Source: an uncultured Gammaproteobacteria bacterium
GTDB lineage: Bacteria > Pseudomonadota > Gammaproteobacteria > UBA9214
Assembly (NCBI GenBank): GCA_963773065.1
Contig: CAVYZN010000002.1
Coordinates: forward strand, 1 to 64,000
DNA: 64,000 nucleotides
Direction of reading: 5' to 3'
Part shown: positions 35,987-45,683 of the stretch, in pieces
Position numbering within the stretch: position 1 is the first letter of the stretch
Layout: every line of letters starts with the position of its first letter
Notes under the pieces: generated by a model
Seen by the model: the letters and a program-made list of their open reading frames with translations, nothing else
Database searches by the model: none
What the model was told of the DNA's origin: nothing
Program-made: the position numbers and the translations under genes

Positions 35987-37084
35987 ATGTCCACACCGAT
36001 TGCCGTTCTGTTTGCCGCCTTCCTCGGCGTGACCATGGGATCCGCCTTTGCCGAAGATAAAGTAGTACACGTCTATAACTGGTCCGACTACATTGCACCC
36101 GATACCCTGAAGAATTTTGAAGCCGCCACCGGCATCAAGGTAACCTATGACGTCTATGACTCTAATGAAATCATGGAGGCCAAATTGCTCGCCGGTGGCA
36201 GCGGCTACGACGTGGTCTTTCCCACCGCGCAACCCTTCGCGGAACACCAGATCAAGGCCGGCCTGTACCAAAAGCTTAATATGACCAGGCTGAGCAACTA
36301 CGGCAACCTGGACCCGGTGATCCTCAAACAGTTGCAGACACCCGACCCGGGCAACCAGTACGCGATCCCGTACATGTGGGGCACGAGCGGCATCGGCTAC
36401 AACATCGACAAGGTCAAGACTCTGCTCGGCGCTGACTTGCCGACCGACACCTGGGCGCTGATCTTCGACCCGGCCATCGCCGCCAAACTCGCCGGCTGCG
36501 GCATCAGCGTCATGGACGATGAAATGGAGAGCATGAGCGCGGCCCTGATGTATCTGGGCAAGGACCCGAACACCACCGATCCCAAGGACTTCGAGGCGGC
36601 CGTGGAGCTGTTCCAGAAGGTGCGCCCCTACATCAAGTACTTCCACTCTTCCCAGTACATCAACGATCTGGCTAACGGCGACATCTGTGTGGCGCATGGC
36701 TACTCCGGCGACGTGCTGCAGGCGCGCGACCGCGCCGATGAGGCAGGCAACAATGTCCACATCGCCTACACGGTGCCGAAGGAAGGCGCCATACTGTGGA
36801 TCGATGTCATGGTTATCCCCGCGGACGCGCCCCACCCGGACCATGCCTATGCCTTCATCAACTACCTCCTGCAGCCCGATGTGATCGCGGCGATCAGCAA
36901 CGAGGTGGCCTACGCCAATGCCAATCGTGCGGCAACCGGCCTGGTCGACAAATCGATCCGCTATGATCCCGGCGTCTACCCGCCTGAGGAAGTCAAGCAG
37001 CGGCTGGTAACTATCGGAACGCTACCCGATAAAGTACAACGCCTGAAGGTGCGCGCCTGGACCCGCATCAAGAGCGGTCAGTGA
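35987..37084 (+). CDS. potF: Putrescine/polyamine ABC transporter substrate-binding protein
   Basis: VHVYNWSDYI, YDVYDSNE, PYMWGT.GIGYN, FHSSQYINDLANGDIC, PKEGA. Confidence 0.92.
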   Translation: MSTPIAVLFAAFLGVTMGSAFAEDKVVHVYNWSDYIAPDTLKNFEAATGIKVTYDVYDSNEIMEAKLLAGGSGYDVVFPTAQPFAEHQIKAGLYQKLNMTRLSNYGNLDPVILKQLQTPDPGNQYAIPYMWGTSGIGYNIDKVKTLLGADLPTDTWALIFDPAIAAKLAGCGISVMDDEMESMSAALMYLGKDPNTTDPKDFEAAVELFQKVRPYIKYFHSSQYINDLANGDICVAHGYSGDVLQARDRADEAGNNVHIAYTVPKEGAILWIDVMVIPADAPHPDHAYAFINYLLQPDVIAAISNEVAYANANRAATGLVDKSIRYDPGVYPPEEVKQRLVTIGTLPDKVQRLKVRAWTRIKSGQ

Positions 37085-37114
37085 TACGCCCGGCCGCCGC
37101 CAGGGTGAATACCA

Positions 37115-37148
37115 GCCCGTCCCCGCCCGCACCCGGGCGGGGACGGGC
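37115..37148 (+). promoter_or_regulatory. Perfect 15-bp GC-rich hairpin between potF and potG
   Basis: GCCCGTCCCCGCCCG-CACC-CGGGCGGGGACGGGC with no U-tract; likely an mRNA-stabilising or attenuating stem. Confidence 0.65.
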
Positions 37149-37181
37149 GTCATCTCTGGAGCAAGCAAAGACACACCGAGG

Positions 37182-38324
37182 ATGGTCCAGTCCAAGCCCG
37201 TAAAAGCACCCCAGGAACCCTGGCGCGACCCCGCTGCAAAACCCTTCGTACACATCGACAACGTCACCAAGGTATTCGACACCACCTACGCCGTCGACGG
37301 TGTAACGCTGGATATCTACCGGGGTGAATTCTTCTGCCTGCTCGGCGGCTCGGGCTGCGGCAAGAGCACCCTGCTGCGCATGCTGGCGGGACTAGACCAG
37401 CCCACTTCGGGGCGCATCCTGATTGACGGCACGGACATGACCCGGGTGCCGGCCTACGCGCGTCCGGTCAATATGATGTTCCAGTCCTACGCGCTATTTC
37501 CGCACATGACCGTGGAACAGAACGTCGCGTTCGGACTGAAACAGCAGAAACTAGGCAAACGCGAGATTCACGAGCGCGTGGCCGGTCTGCTGGAATTGGT
37601 GCGCATGACACCCTTTGCACTGCGCAAGCCGGACCAGCTCTCCGGCGGGCAGCGCCAGCGGGTTGCACTCATCCGCTCACTCGCCAGGCAGCCCAAGCTC
37701 CTGCTGCTGGACGAACCCCTGGCGGCGCTGGACAAGAAATTGCGCGAGCATACCCAGTTCGAGCTGGTCAACATCCAGGAGCGCGTGGGTACTACCTTCA
37801 TCATGGTGACTCATGACCAGGAAGAGGCGATGACCGTCTCCACCCGGATAGCGGTGATGGAAGCCGGCCGCATCGAGCAGGTGGGCACGCCCGCCAGCGT
37901 CTACGAGTACCCGTCCAGCCGTCACGTGGCGGAATTCATCGGCGCGGTAAATATCCTCGAAGGGCGCGTGGTGGAGCAGGCGGGTGAACGACTGCTGATC
38001 CGCGCCGAGAGCGTCGGCTGTGACCTCGTCATGGTGTACAAACAGCCGCTGCCGGAAGGCACACCGGTCACGGTGGCCGTACGACCCGAGAAACTGGTGG
38101 CCACGGAGCAGGCGCCCGCCGCCGGATACAACACCGTCAAGGGTGTGATTACCGATTTCGCCTACCTCGGCGATGTCTCCATCTACCTGGTGCGGCTGCC
38201 AACCGGCCAGCAGATGCGGGTGCAGCTCACCAACCTGGCGCGGCTCACGGAAACCCCCCTCACCTGGGACCAGGAGGTGTATCTCTCCTGGCTGCCGGAC
38301 AGCGGTGTGGTGTTCCCGTCATGA
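37182..38324 (+). CDS. potG: Putrescine ABC transporter ATP-binding protein
   Basis: GGSGCGKST, FQSYALFPHM, LSGGQRQR, LLLDEP, VTHDQEEA, TOBE-like C-terminus. Confidence 0.92.
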   Translation: MVQSKPVKAPQEPWRDPAAKPFVHIDNVTKVFDTTYAVDGVTLDIYRGEFFCLLGGSGCGKSTLLRMLAGLDQPTSGRILIDGTDMTRVPAYARPVNMMFQSYALFPHMTVEQNVAFGLKQQKLGKREIHERVAGLLELVRMTPFALRKPDQLSGGQRQRVALIRSLARQPKLLLLDEPLAALDKKLREHTQFELVNIQERVGTTFIMVTHDQEEAMTVSTRIAVMEAGRIEQVGTPASVYEYPSSRHVAEFIGAVNILEGRVVEQAGERLLIRAESVGCDLVMVYKQPLPEGTPVTVAVRPEKLVATEQAPAAGYNTVKGVITDFAYLGDVSIYLVRLPTGQQMRVQLTNLARLTETPLTWDQEVYLSWLPDSGVVFPS

Positions 38325-39277
38325 GCCGCTGGTCAGCCATCAACGGTTCCGCCCGCGGCGCGGGCGAGTGGCTGAGCGATGTTCTCACCGGACACCACGG
38401 GAGCCGTCTGGTCATTGCGCTGCCCTACCTGTGGCTGCTGCTGTTCTTTTTCCTGCCGTTCGTGATCGTGCTCAAGATCAGCCTGGCGGAAGTCCTGCTC
38501 GCACGGCCGCCTTATTCGCCCCTGTGGCAATACCTGCAAGACGGCACCCTTCAGATCCAGCTGCATCTGGACAATTACCTGCGGCTGTGGGAGGACCCGC
38601 TCTATCTCACCGCCTATCTGAAATCGCTCAAGATCGCCGGCATCTCGACCCTGGTTTGCCTGCTGATCGGCTACCCCATGGCCTACGCCATCGCGCGCAC
38701 CCGCGACCCGCTGCGCAACATCCTGCTGATGCTGATCATTCTGCCCTTCTGGACCAGTTTCCTGATCCGCGTATATGCCTGGATCGGCATCCTCAAGAGC
38801 AACGGCCTGCTCAACAACCTGCTGCTCGCCCTGGGCGTCATCGACCAACCCCTGGCCCTGTTGCATACCGATTTTGCCGTGTACCTGGGCATCGTCTACT
38901 CCTATCTGCCGTTCATGGTGCTGCCCCTGTACGCCACCCTGTCGCGCATGGATCGGACGCTGCTGGAGGCCGCCGCCGATCTCGGCTGCAAACCCTGGAA
39001 GGCCTTTCTGTCCGTGACGCTGCCTCTGTCCCTGCCGGGCATCATCGCCGGTTGCATGCTGGTATTCATTCCGGCGGTGGGTGAATTCGTGATCCCGGAC
39101 CTGCTCGGCGGACCGGATTCGCTCATGATCGGCAAGGTGCTGTGGACGGAGTTCTTCTCCAACCGCGACTGGCCGGCCGCCTCCGCCGTGGCGGTGGTGA
39201 TGCTGGTGTTGCTGGTGGTGCCGTTGACCCTCTTCCAGCGCGCCCAGGAAAAGTCCGAAGGCAAGACGCCACTATGA
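38321..39277 (+). CDS. potH: Putrescine ABC transporter permease
   Basis: LPYLWLLLFF, LPFWTSFLIRVYAW, LLEAAADLG, FFSNRDWP. Confidence 0.92.
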   Translation: MSRWSAINGSARGAGEWLSDVLTGHHGSRLVIALPYLWLLLFFFLPFVIVLKISLAEVLLARPPYSPLWQYLQDGTLQIQLHLDNYLRLWEDPLYLTAYLKSLKIAGISTLVCLLIGYPMAYAIARTRDPLRNILLMLIILPFWTSFLIRVYAWIGILKSNGLLNNLLLALGVIDQPLALLHTDFAVYLGIVYSYLPFMVLPLYATLSRMDRTLLEAAADLGCKPWKAFLSVTLPLSLPGIIAGCMLVFIPAVGEFVIPDLLGGPDSLMIGKVLWTEFFSNRDWPAASAVAVVMLVLLVVPLTLFQRAQEKSEGKTPL

Positions 39278-40110
39278 GCAATCGCCGCCCCTTCCTGCTG
39301 TTCACCCTGCTGGCATTCGGCTATGCGTTTCTCTATATCCCGATCATTACCCTGATCGTGTATTCATTCAACGTCTCGCGGCTGGTCACGGTGTGGGGCG
39401 GCTTCTCCACCAAATGGTACGCAGAGCTGCTGCACAATGACCAGATCCTGTCTGCGGCCTGGCTCAGCCTGCGCATTGCCAGCATCAACGCGACCCTCTC
39501 GGTCGTGCTCGGCACCCTCGCCGCCCTCACCCTGGTGCGCTTCGGCAAGTTCCGTGGCCGCACCCTTTTCTTCACTATGGTCAGCGCACCGCTGGTGATG
39601 CCCGACGTGATCCTGGGCCTAGCCTCGCTGCTGCTGTTCGTGACCATGGAGCATCTGATCGGTTGGCCGGCAGGGCGCGGCATCACCACCATTATCCTAG
39701 CCCATATCACTTTCAGCGCGGCCTTCGTTACCGTCGTGGTCCAATCCCGCCTCTCGCAACTGGACATCTCGCTGGAGGAAGCAGCCATGGACCTGGGTGC
39801 GCGGCCATGGAAGATCTTTCTGCTCATCACCCTCCCCATCATCGCCCCGGCTCTGGTGGCCGGCTGGCTGCTGGCCTTCACACTGTCACTGGATGACCTC
39901 GTCATCGCCAGTTTTGTGGCCGGTCCCGGCTCCACCACCCTGCCGATGGTGGTCTATTCCAGCGTGCGTCTCGGTGTCAGCCCGCAAATCAACGCGCTGG
40001 CTACACTGATCGTGGCGATCGTCACACTCTGTATCCTGCTCTCCGTGTGGCTGGTGCATCGGCAGGAGTCACAACGGCTGCGTGCGCCGCCGGCGGCTGA
40101 TATTACCTAA
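39274..40110 (+). CDS. potI: Putrescine ABC transporter permease
   Basis: YSFNVSRLVTVWGGFSTKWY, LEEAAMDLGA, FTLSLDDLVI, GVSPQINAL. Confidence 0.92.
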   Translation: MSNRRPFLLFTLLAFGYAFLYIPIITLIVYSFNVSRLVTVWGGFSTKWYAELLHNDQILSAAWLSLRIASINATLSVVLGTLAALTLVRFGKFRGRTLFFTMVSAPLVMPDVILGLASLLLFVTMEHLIGWPAGRGITTIILAHITFSAAFVTVVVQSRLSQLDISLEEAAMDLGARPWKIFLLITLPIIAPALVAGWLLAFTLSLDDLVIASFVAGPGSTTLPMVVYSSVRLGVSPQINALATLIVAIVTLCILLSVWLVHRQESQRLRAPPAADIT

Positions 40111-40340
40111 AGACCGATCAACTCGGCGTGTAATCCACAACTCTTGGCTTCTTGAAGAAACTCCATGGAGTTAAGGGCATCCGGGTCATATTCAATCAGC
40201 ATCAAATGCGGTCTCTCATCATGGCATGACGCAGCCATGACACCGCCCTTGTCCAGTAATCGGTCACGGAAATTCTCGCGTTCATCATGTGTCGTATCTT
40301 CGTCAATATGCAGAGTAACCTCTGCCCATCTGGTTCCCAT
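40107..40340 (-). CDS. Small hypothetical protein, possibly HMA/ferredoxin-like fold
   Basis: AGGAGA RBS; AEVTLHIDE...HLMLIEYDPD...GLHAELIGL; 77 aa. Confidence 0.6.
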   Translation of the reverse strand: MGTRWAEVTLHIDEDTTHDERENFRDRLLDKGGVMAASCHDERPHLMLIEYDPDALNSMEFLQEAKSCGLHAELIGL

Positions 40341-40689
40341 GGCACAATCTCCTTTTTTACGATTGCTCACCTACCTCTATTAAGAATAGTCACCAGATCG
40401 AAAGCCTGCCATTATTCCTGACAGTCAATACCGACACGCCGGCCGGCGGTTCGGTGCATCTGACTTGTGAGCCATCGGTAATGAGGTATTAGGTGGTTTC
40501 TCCACATGCGAACCCGTTATTTCATACAATTTTTATAAATGACACCCATCACCCTGCCGGCCATATTGACAGCCCTGCGTTACGGGGGAGTATTGCCTCT
40601 AAGTAATTCCCCTAATTGTACGCACCCCGCTGATCCACTATCTTGGTGGTAGCACTCGAATCAGTGTTCATCGATTAAGACGATAGATG

Positions 40690-40943
40690 CACCGCAGAGA
40701 CGCACGGCTACAGGGACGTCACAGGGAAGTGCAGGTGTCGCGAGAGGGCGGGTGCCCACAGCGACTGCGATAGGTAGGCGTAACGCAGGGACCAGTTACC
40801 GAGAGAATACGAAGCTATTTATTTGTTTTCGTTAAAGAACTACTTTTGGTACTTTCGACAATTGCTCCCTGCATTGCACTACCTCCTGCATCCCTGCAGT
40901 CGTGCTTCTCTGCGGTGAAAACGGGTGTTTATGGACGGATACT
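40690..40943. repeat. CACCGCAGAG-type palindromic repeat with nested insertions
   Basis: CACCGCAGAGACGC (40690)...TCTCTGCGGTGAA (40907-40919) followed by GTGTTTATGGAC, also seen after the copy at 63167. Confidence 0.75.
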
Positions 40944-41169
40944 CATAATCAAGATTTGAAAATCCAGGTGATGCAGTTGGTTGGGGGAAACCGTAATCCG
41001 ACATGATGCCGGGAATTTCTCCCAAGTTACGCTTCGCTATCCGCCGGGCGAGTAGTTGCGCCCTTCAGGGTAAGCTCGGCATACACGTGACCGATCGGCC
41101 ACATATTTACCCGATCACGATATCGGGATTCCATTGTTAGCATCGAAGCAAGGACGCAAAACGGCTAAT

Positions 41170-41361
41170 ATGTTAAAAATTAACGTTAGACAAAAAGGGA
41201 ATCGTCGCTGGAATCTACCCTATGAATTTCCCCTCGTGGACAGTCAAGGTATCCTGGTCATGCGGGACCGCAGAAGATTGCCTGATCGGCGCAAGGCCGC
41301 GTATGACCTTGATGATCTGAAGATTATTTTATCGAGGATGCTGGCAGCGCATGGCGACTGA
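41170..41361 (+). CDS. Small hypothetical protein
   Basis: NRRWNLPYEFPLVDSQGILVMRDRRRLPDRRK, with repeated DRR motifs; 63 aa. Confidence 0.45.
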   Translation: MLKINVRQKGNRRWNLPYEFPLVDSQGILVMRDRRRLPDRRKAAYDLDDLKIILSRMLAAHGD

Positions 41362-41400
41362 TTGATGGCTTGATACCATGTTTATTCATCGACAACAAGT

Positions 41401-41613
41401 ACCGGCAATATATTTCTGATAGTTACACTACCTAGCAGTCTGCTGTCAATCGGCGCGGCGGCCGGTGTCGCGCTGATGAGCCAGGCGCGTGGTCAGTACA
41501 CCTTATACGGGCATCTCAGGTGGACACCGGCCATCCTGTTCGGCTATGCCGCGAGCATCCTGACTCACCTGTGGATCAATTCCGCAACTTTCCGGCTGTC
41601 CGTTTCAGGCTGA
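41401..41613 (+). pseudogene. nhaD: C-terminal remnant of an NhaD Na+/H+ antiporter
   Basis: Manual translation LIVTLPSSLLSIGAAAGVALMSQARGQYTLYGHLRWTPAILFGYAASILTHLWIN matches the NhaD C-terminal motif GGSLLSIGSAAGVALMG...HLKW as recalled; no start or upstream gene body. Confidence 0.8.
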
Positions 41614-41636
41614 ACGGCTCGGCGGATGACTATCAG

Positions 41637-42353
41637 CTACTCCTCCATCCGGCGCCACACACAGGCGCCAGTATGCACCCGTTCAATCGCATCCAACCGC
41701 GCCCTATGCGCCTCAAGCTCCTCGGCGCTGGCCTGTATAACCCGCAAGGGCAGCCGGTCTGAGGGTAGCCGCCCGATGATGGACTGTGACCTTTCCCCGT
41801 GCATGTCGCTGCGGTTGTCAAGAGACAGCGCGGCCTGCCCTCCCGTCATCGCCAGGTAGACGTCGGCCAGTATTTCGGCATCCAGCAGCGCACCGTGCAG
41901 GTCGCGCTGTGAATTGTCTATTTGATAACGCTTGCACAGGGCATCGAGGTTGTTTCTCTGCCCCGGGTGCAGCCGGCGTGCCATTGCCAGCGTGTCAACG
42001 ATGCTGCAGTGTTCAGCAAGCGGTCCTACGGGTTCCTGTAGCAAGGCAAACTCATGGTTGATGAAACCGACGTCAAATGGCGCGTTATGGATGATGAGTT
42101 CCGCACCCCGGATAAACTCCAGGAAATCTCCCGCGATGTCGGCAAAGCGTGGTTTGTCGGCCAGAAACTGGTTGCTTATCCCATGCACTTCCCTGGCGCC
42201 TGCATCGATATCGCGGTCCGGCTGGATGTACTGATGGTAGGTGTTGCCGGTGATCCGCCGGTTCACCAGTTCGACACAGCCGATTTCAATAATCCGGTGA
42301 CCGTCGGATGGTTCCAGACCCGTGGTCTCGGTATCAAGTATGATCTGTCGCAT
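41637..42353 (-). CDS. dnaQ: DNA polymerase III epsilon subunit
   Basis: LDTETTG, HRIIEIG, IHNAPFD, HGALLDAEIL, MTGGQ. Confidence 0.97.
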   Translation of the reverse strand: MRQIILDTETTGLEPSDGHRIIEIGCVELVNRRITGNTYHQYIQPDRDIDAGAREVHGISNQFLADKPRFADIAGDFLEFIRGAELIIHNAPFDVGFINHEFALLQEPVGPLAEHCSIVDTLAMARRLHPGQRNNLDALCKRYQIDNSQRDLHGALLDAEILADVYLAMTGGQAALSLDNRSDMHGERSQSIIGRLPSDRLPLRVIQASAEELEAHRARLDAIERVHTGACVWRRMEE

Positions 42354-42395
42354 CGCTCATCCTGAAGGATCTGTCCTGGCTATTTAAAAAACCCT

Positions 42396-42522
42396 CCGCA
42401 GAGACGCAAAGGGCACAGAGTATCCATACTGGAAAAAGCTTGTCCATGTTCATCTGCTGTATTTCAGTCACTACACCCTGCAGATTCTTTGATCTTTGCG
42501 CCGTCTGCGTCTTTGCGGTGAA
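42396..42522. repeat. CACCGCAGAG-type palindromic repeat
   Basis: CCGCAGAGACGCAAAGGGCACAGAG...CTTTGCGCCGTCTGCGTCTTTGCGGTGAA. Confidence 0.75.
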
Positions 42523-42530
42523 TACTCCGG

Positions 42531-42968
42531 TTATAAAAGCTCATCGATCGCCTTGTTGGCAAGCTCATCCGCCAGTTCGTTCTCCGGATGACCGCTGTGA
42601 CCTCTCACCCATTCCCATTGAATCTCGTGACTGGCGATCGCGGTATCCAGGCGTTGCCAGAGATCGGCGTTTTTGACCGGTTTCTTCGCCGCGGTCTTCC
42701 AGCCGTTGCGTTTCCAGTTCGCCATCCATTCCGTGATGCCCTTCTGGACATACTGGGAGTCGGTTGTCAGATGCACACGGCAGGGACGTTTCAGACTCTC
42801 CAGCGCGCGGATTGCCGCCATCAGTTCCATGCGGTTGTTCGTGGTGAGTCGCTCGGAGCCGTACAAGGTCTTCTCATGATTCTTGTAACGCAACACCGCA
42901 CCCCAGCCGCCCGGTCCCGGGTTACCGCGACAGGCGCCGTCAGTGTATATCTCAGCTACCGCTGACAC
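42531..42968 (-). CDS. rnhA: Ribonuclease HI
   Basis: [46 protein letters not shown]. Confidence 0.97.
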   Translation of the reverse strand: MSAVAEIYTDGACRGNPGPGGWGAVLRYKNHEKTLYGSERLTTNNRMELMAAIRALESLKRPCRVHLTTDSQYVQKGITEWMANWKRNGWKTAAKKPVKNADLWQRLDTAIASHEIQWEWVRGHSGHPENELADELANKAIDELL

Positions 42969-43039
42969 GCCGGATGTTTCTTTGACTGGAAGTGGGAATC
43001 CCGACCGGGAAGAGTTGCCGACGTCCGTTACGTACCGCT

Positions 43040-43735
43040 TTAATGCGGTGTCATGATCACCGTCCGTTTCCTGGCAACGAGAATATACGCGCCGGCCAGC
43101 AGCATCTGACCATTGCCGCGGGACGGTTCGAGAAAACGCAACCGACTCAGCAGGCGTGAATTCTGCACCGGTGGCCGATGAAATAGATATTGGCAATGCA
43201 GGGTATCGAACCCCAATAGGCTCAGCCAGTCCCTGATGCGACTCACGCTGAGGAAGCGCGCATTCCAGGGCATGTCCTGCGAGCGCCATGACAGCATGCG
43301 TCGCACTCCCCACAGACTCCATGGGTTGAATCCGATGATCACCAGGTGTCCATCCGGTATGAGACTGCGTTCCGCTTCTCGCAGCACCTGGTGCGGATCA
43401 ATGGTTATTTCAAGGGTATGCGGCAGGATAATGGCATCCAGGGTATCCGTCATGACTGGCCAGGTATCGGTGTGTCCGACGACGCCGGTATCGCCGCCAG
43501 AATCCATCTGAATCCGCTGGACGACATGGTGCGGTATGCGGCTGTCGGACAAGGTACAGGTTTCCCATGGAGGGTCGATCACCATCAGGTGATAACCAAA
43601 CAGGCCGGGAAGCTGCTCGGCAAGCGCAGACAGTTCGACATCAGCCAGCAGCCGTCCCAGCGGATAACGATACCAGTGGCGCAGCGAGGAAGCCCTGATG
43701 GGTACTGAATACTCCGTGTTCATAGCGTAAATCAT
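43040..43735 (-). CDS. yafS: Class I SAM-dependent methyltransferase (YafS-like); probable frameshift at the extreme C-terminus
   Basis: [44 protein letters not shown]; conserved position upstream of rnhA. Confidence 0.85.
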   Translation of the reverse strand: MIYAMNTEYSVPIRASSLRHWYRYPLGRLLADVELSALAEQLPGLFGYHLMVIDPPWETCTLSDSRIPHHVVQRIQMDSGGDTGVVGHTDTWPVMTDTLDAIILPHTLEITIDPHQVLREAERSLIPDGHLVIIGFNPWSLWGVRRMLSWRSQDMPWNARFLSVSRIRDWLSLLGFDTLHCQYLFHRPPVQNSRLLSRLRFLEPSRGNGQMLLAGAYILVARKRTVIMTPH

Positions 43736-43937
43736 ACCGCATCTGGCGAAGCGATGCCGGTAGCAAGTGTCATAAATCCGACATTGACCGAGTTTATCGA
43801 GCCTGCCAGCATACGTCGATAAGTATATCCAGGCATTGATACTCGCCGGTATCAGGAGGGAACCGATATGCTCCAGCAGTGACCCTGATCACACATTTCC
43901 TTTCAAGACCGATGTCTGCAGCGTCGATAAACTGCTC

Positions 43938-45527
43938 ATGAGAACTGCGAGAAATACTCTTAGCGTCGTCGCCATTCTGCTGACATCAGGCTGCGCATCG
44001 CTGAATCCCACACCGTCAAATCCACGATACGAGCACAGCCCCGACTCCGGCACCTCCCAGGAAAAAAACAGTTACGCAGAAACCCCAGCGGAATCTCCCG
44101 ACACACTGCAGAACGTGACTGAACAAGTGCCTGCCGGCGGTGCGTTCTGGCAGCAGGTTCGAGAGGGATTTCGCCTGTCCGCAGGTCATCACGAGGCGGT
44201 TACCAGCATGATCGGCTTCTACAGCCGCGAGGCCCGCCAGGTTGAACGCACCCTGCAACGCGGTGAACCCTATCTGGCTTATATTTACGGCGAGGTCAAC
44301 AAACGCAACTTCCCCAATGAAATCGTCCTGCTGCCTTTTATTGAAAGCGGCTACGATCCCTTCGCCTACTCGCAAGGAAATGCCGCCGGCCTGTGGCAGT
44401 TCATTCCCGGCACGGGATCAGTCTATGGTCTGAAACAGGACTGGTGGTACGACGGACGCAGGGATGTGGTGGCTTCAACGGATGCCGCGCTCAATTATCT
44501 ATACAAGCTGCAACAGGAATTCAATGGCGACTGGTTGCTCGCCCTGGCAGCCTATAATGCCGGCGAAGGCACGGTGCGCCAGGCAATAACACGCAACCAG
44601 GCAGCTGGCAAGCCGTTCGATTTCTGGCATCTCGATCTTCCACAGGAAACCTCATCCTACGTGCCCAAATTGCTGGCAATCAGCGCGATCGTCAAACAGC
44701 CGAGAAAGTACGGCATTCGCCTGTCGCCCGTCGCCAAAACCCCTTCCTTTACGGTCATAAATACGCACACTCAACTCGACCTCGCGGTCGCCGCCGACCT
44801 GGCGGACATGGACACGAAAGAACTCCAGCAACTTAATCCCGGTTTCAACCGCTGGGCCATGCACCCGCAAGGCCCACACCGCCTGGTGATACCCGCAGAA
44901 AAATCCGCCGTCTTCAAACAGAACCTTGCCGCTCTGCCTGTCTCGCAACGTGTCAAATGGGTGCGTCACAAGGTCCAGCGCGGTGAAACACTCAGTCGTA
45001 TCGCCGAACGCTACGATACTACGGTTGCCGTCCTGCGCATCACCAATGAAGTGCAGGGTAACAACATCCCCACGGGCAAACAGCTGCTTGTACCGTTAGC
45101 CGCCCAGGATCCCTCGCGTTATGCTTCTTTCATCAAGTTCAAACCCACGATGCAGGCCCACGGGAGAGAACTGACATACCAGGTAAAAAGCGGTGACAGC
45201 CTGTGGACGATTGCGCGCACCCACAACGTCAGCATCAAACAGCTTTCGCAATGGAACAATCTCGCTTCCGCCACGGCGATAAAGCCGGGCCAGCAACTTA
45301 CCATACGGCAGCAAAACGGTGCGCCGCAGGCCGGCAACACCGTCAGATCGGTCAACTACACGGTACGCAGGGGAGATACCCTGTTTCTTATCTCGCAGAA
45401 ATTCAATGTCAGCATCAACGACCTGAAGGAATGGAACGACCTTGAGAAGAAAAAATACCTCAAGCCCGGGCAGAAGCTGAAACTCTATATCGATGTCGCC
45501 CGGCTGTCACAGGATAATCAGGGTTAA
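43938..45527 (+). CDS. mltD: Membrane-bound lytic murein transglycosylase D with three LysM domains
   Basis: Lipobox TSGC, LPFIESGY, AAGLWQFIPGTG, LAAYNAGEG, YVPKLLA, three LysM repeats. Confidence 0.92.
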   Translation: MRTARNTLSVVAILLTSGCASLNPTPSNPRYEHSPDSGTSQEKNSYAETPAESPDTLQNVTEQVPAGGAFWQQVREGFRLSAGHHEAVTSMIGFYSREARQVERTLQRGEPYLAYIYGEVNKRNFPNEIVLLPFIESGYDPFAYSQGNAAGLWQFIPGTGSVYGLKQDWWYDGRRDVVASTDAALNYLYKLQQEFNGDWLLALAAYNAGEGTVRQAITRNQAAGKPFDFWHLDLPQETSSYVPKLLAISAIVKQPRKYGIRLSPVAKTPSFTVINTHTQLDLAVAADLADMDTKELQQLNPGFNRWAMHPQGPHRLVIPAEKSAVFKQNLAALPVSQRVKWVRHKVQRGETLSRIAERYDTTVAVLRITNEVQGNNIPTGKQLLVPLAAQDPSRYASFIKFKPTMQAHGRELTYQVKSGDSLWTIARTHNVSIKQLSQWNNLASATAIKPGQQLTIRQQNGAPQAGNTVRSVNYTVRRGDTLFLISQKFNVSINDLKEWNDLEKKKYLKPGQKLKLYIDVARLSQDNQG

Positions 45528-45683
45528 TTCGCATCCCTGGCCGACGTCAGCCACCCCGATTGATTGAGGGTATGCCTCAACCGGTTTCGCGCAACGTGCG
45601 CCGCGGTTATGATGTAACGCCTGGCGTCCTCTGAATCCTCGCGTATCCCGACTCCCCTTGTAAAAAACACGCACGACGTCGAA

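Noticed and set aside
40990-41045. REP-like remnant (CGTAATCCGACA...GTTACGCTTCGCTA)
   Set aside because: A single degenerate copy in the window; too weak to call.
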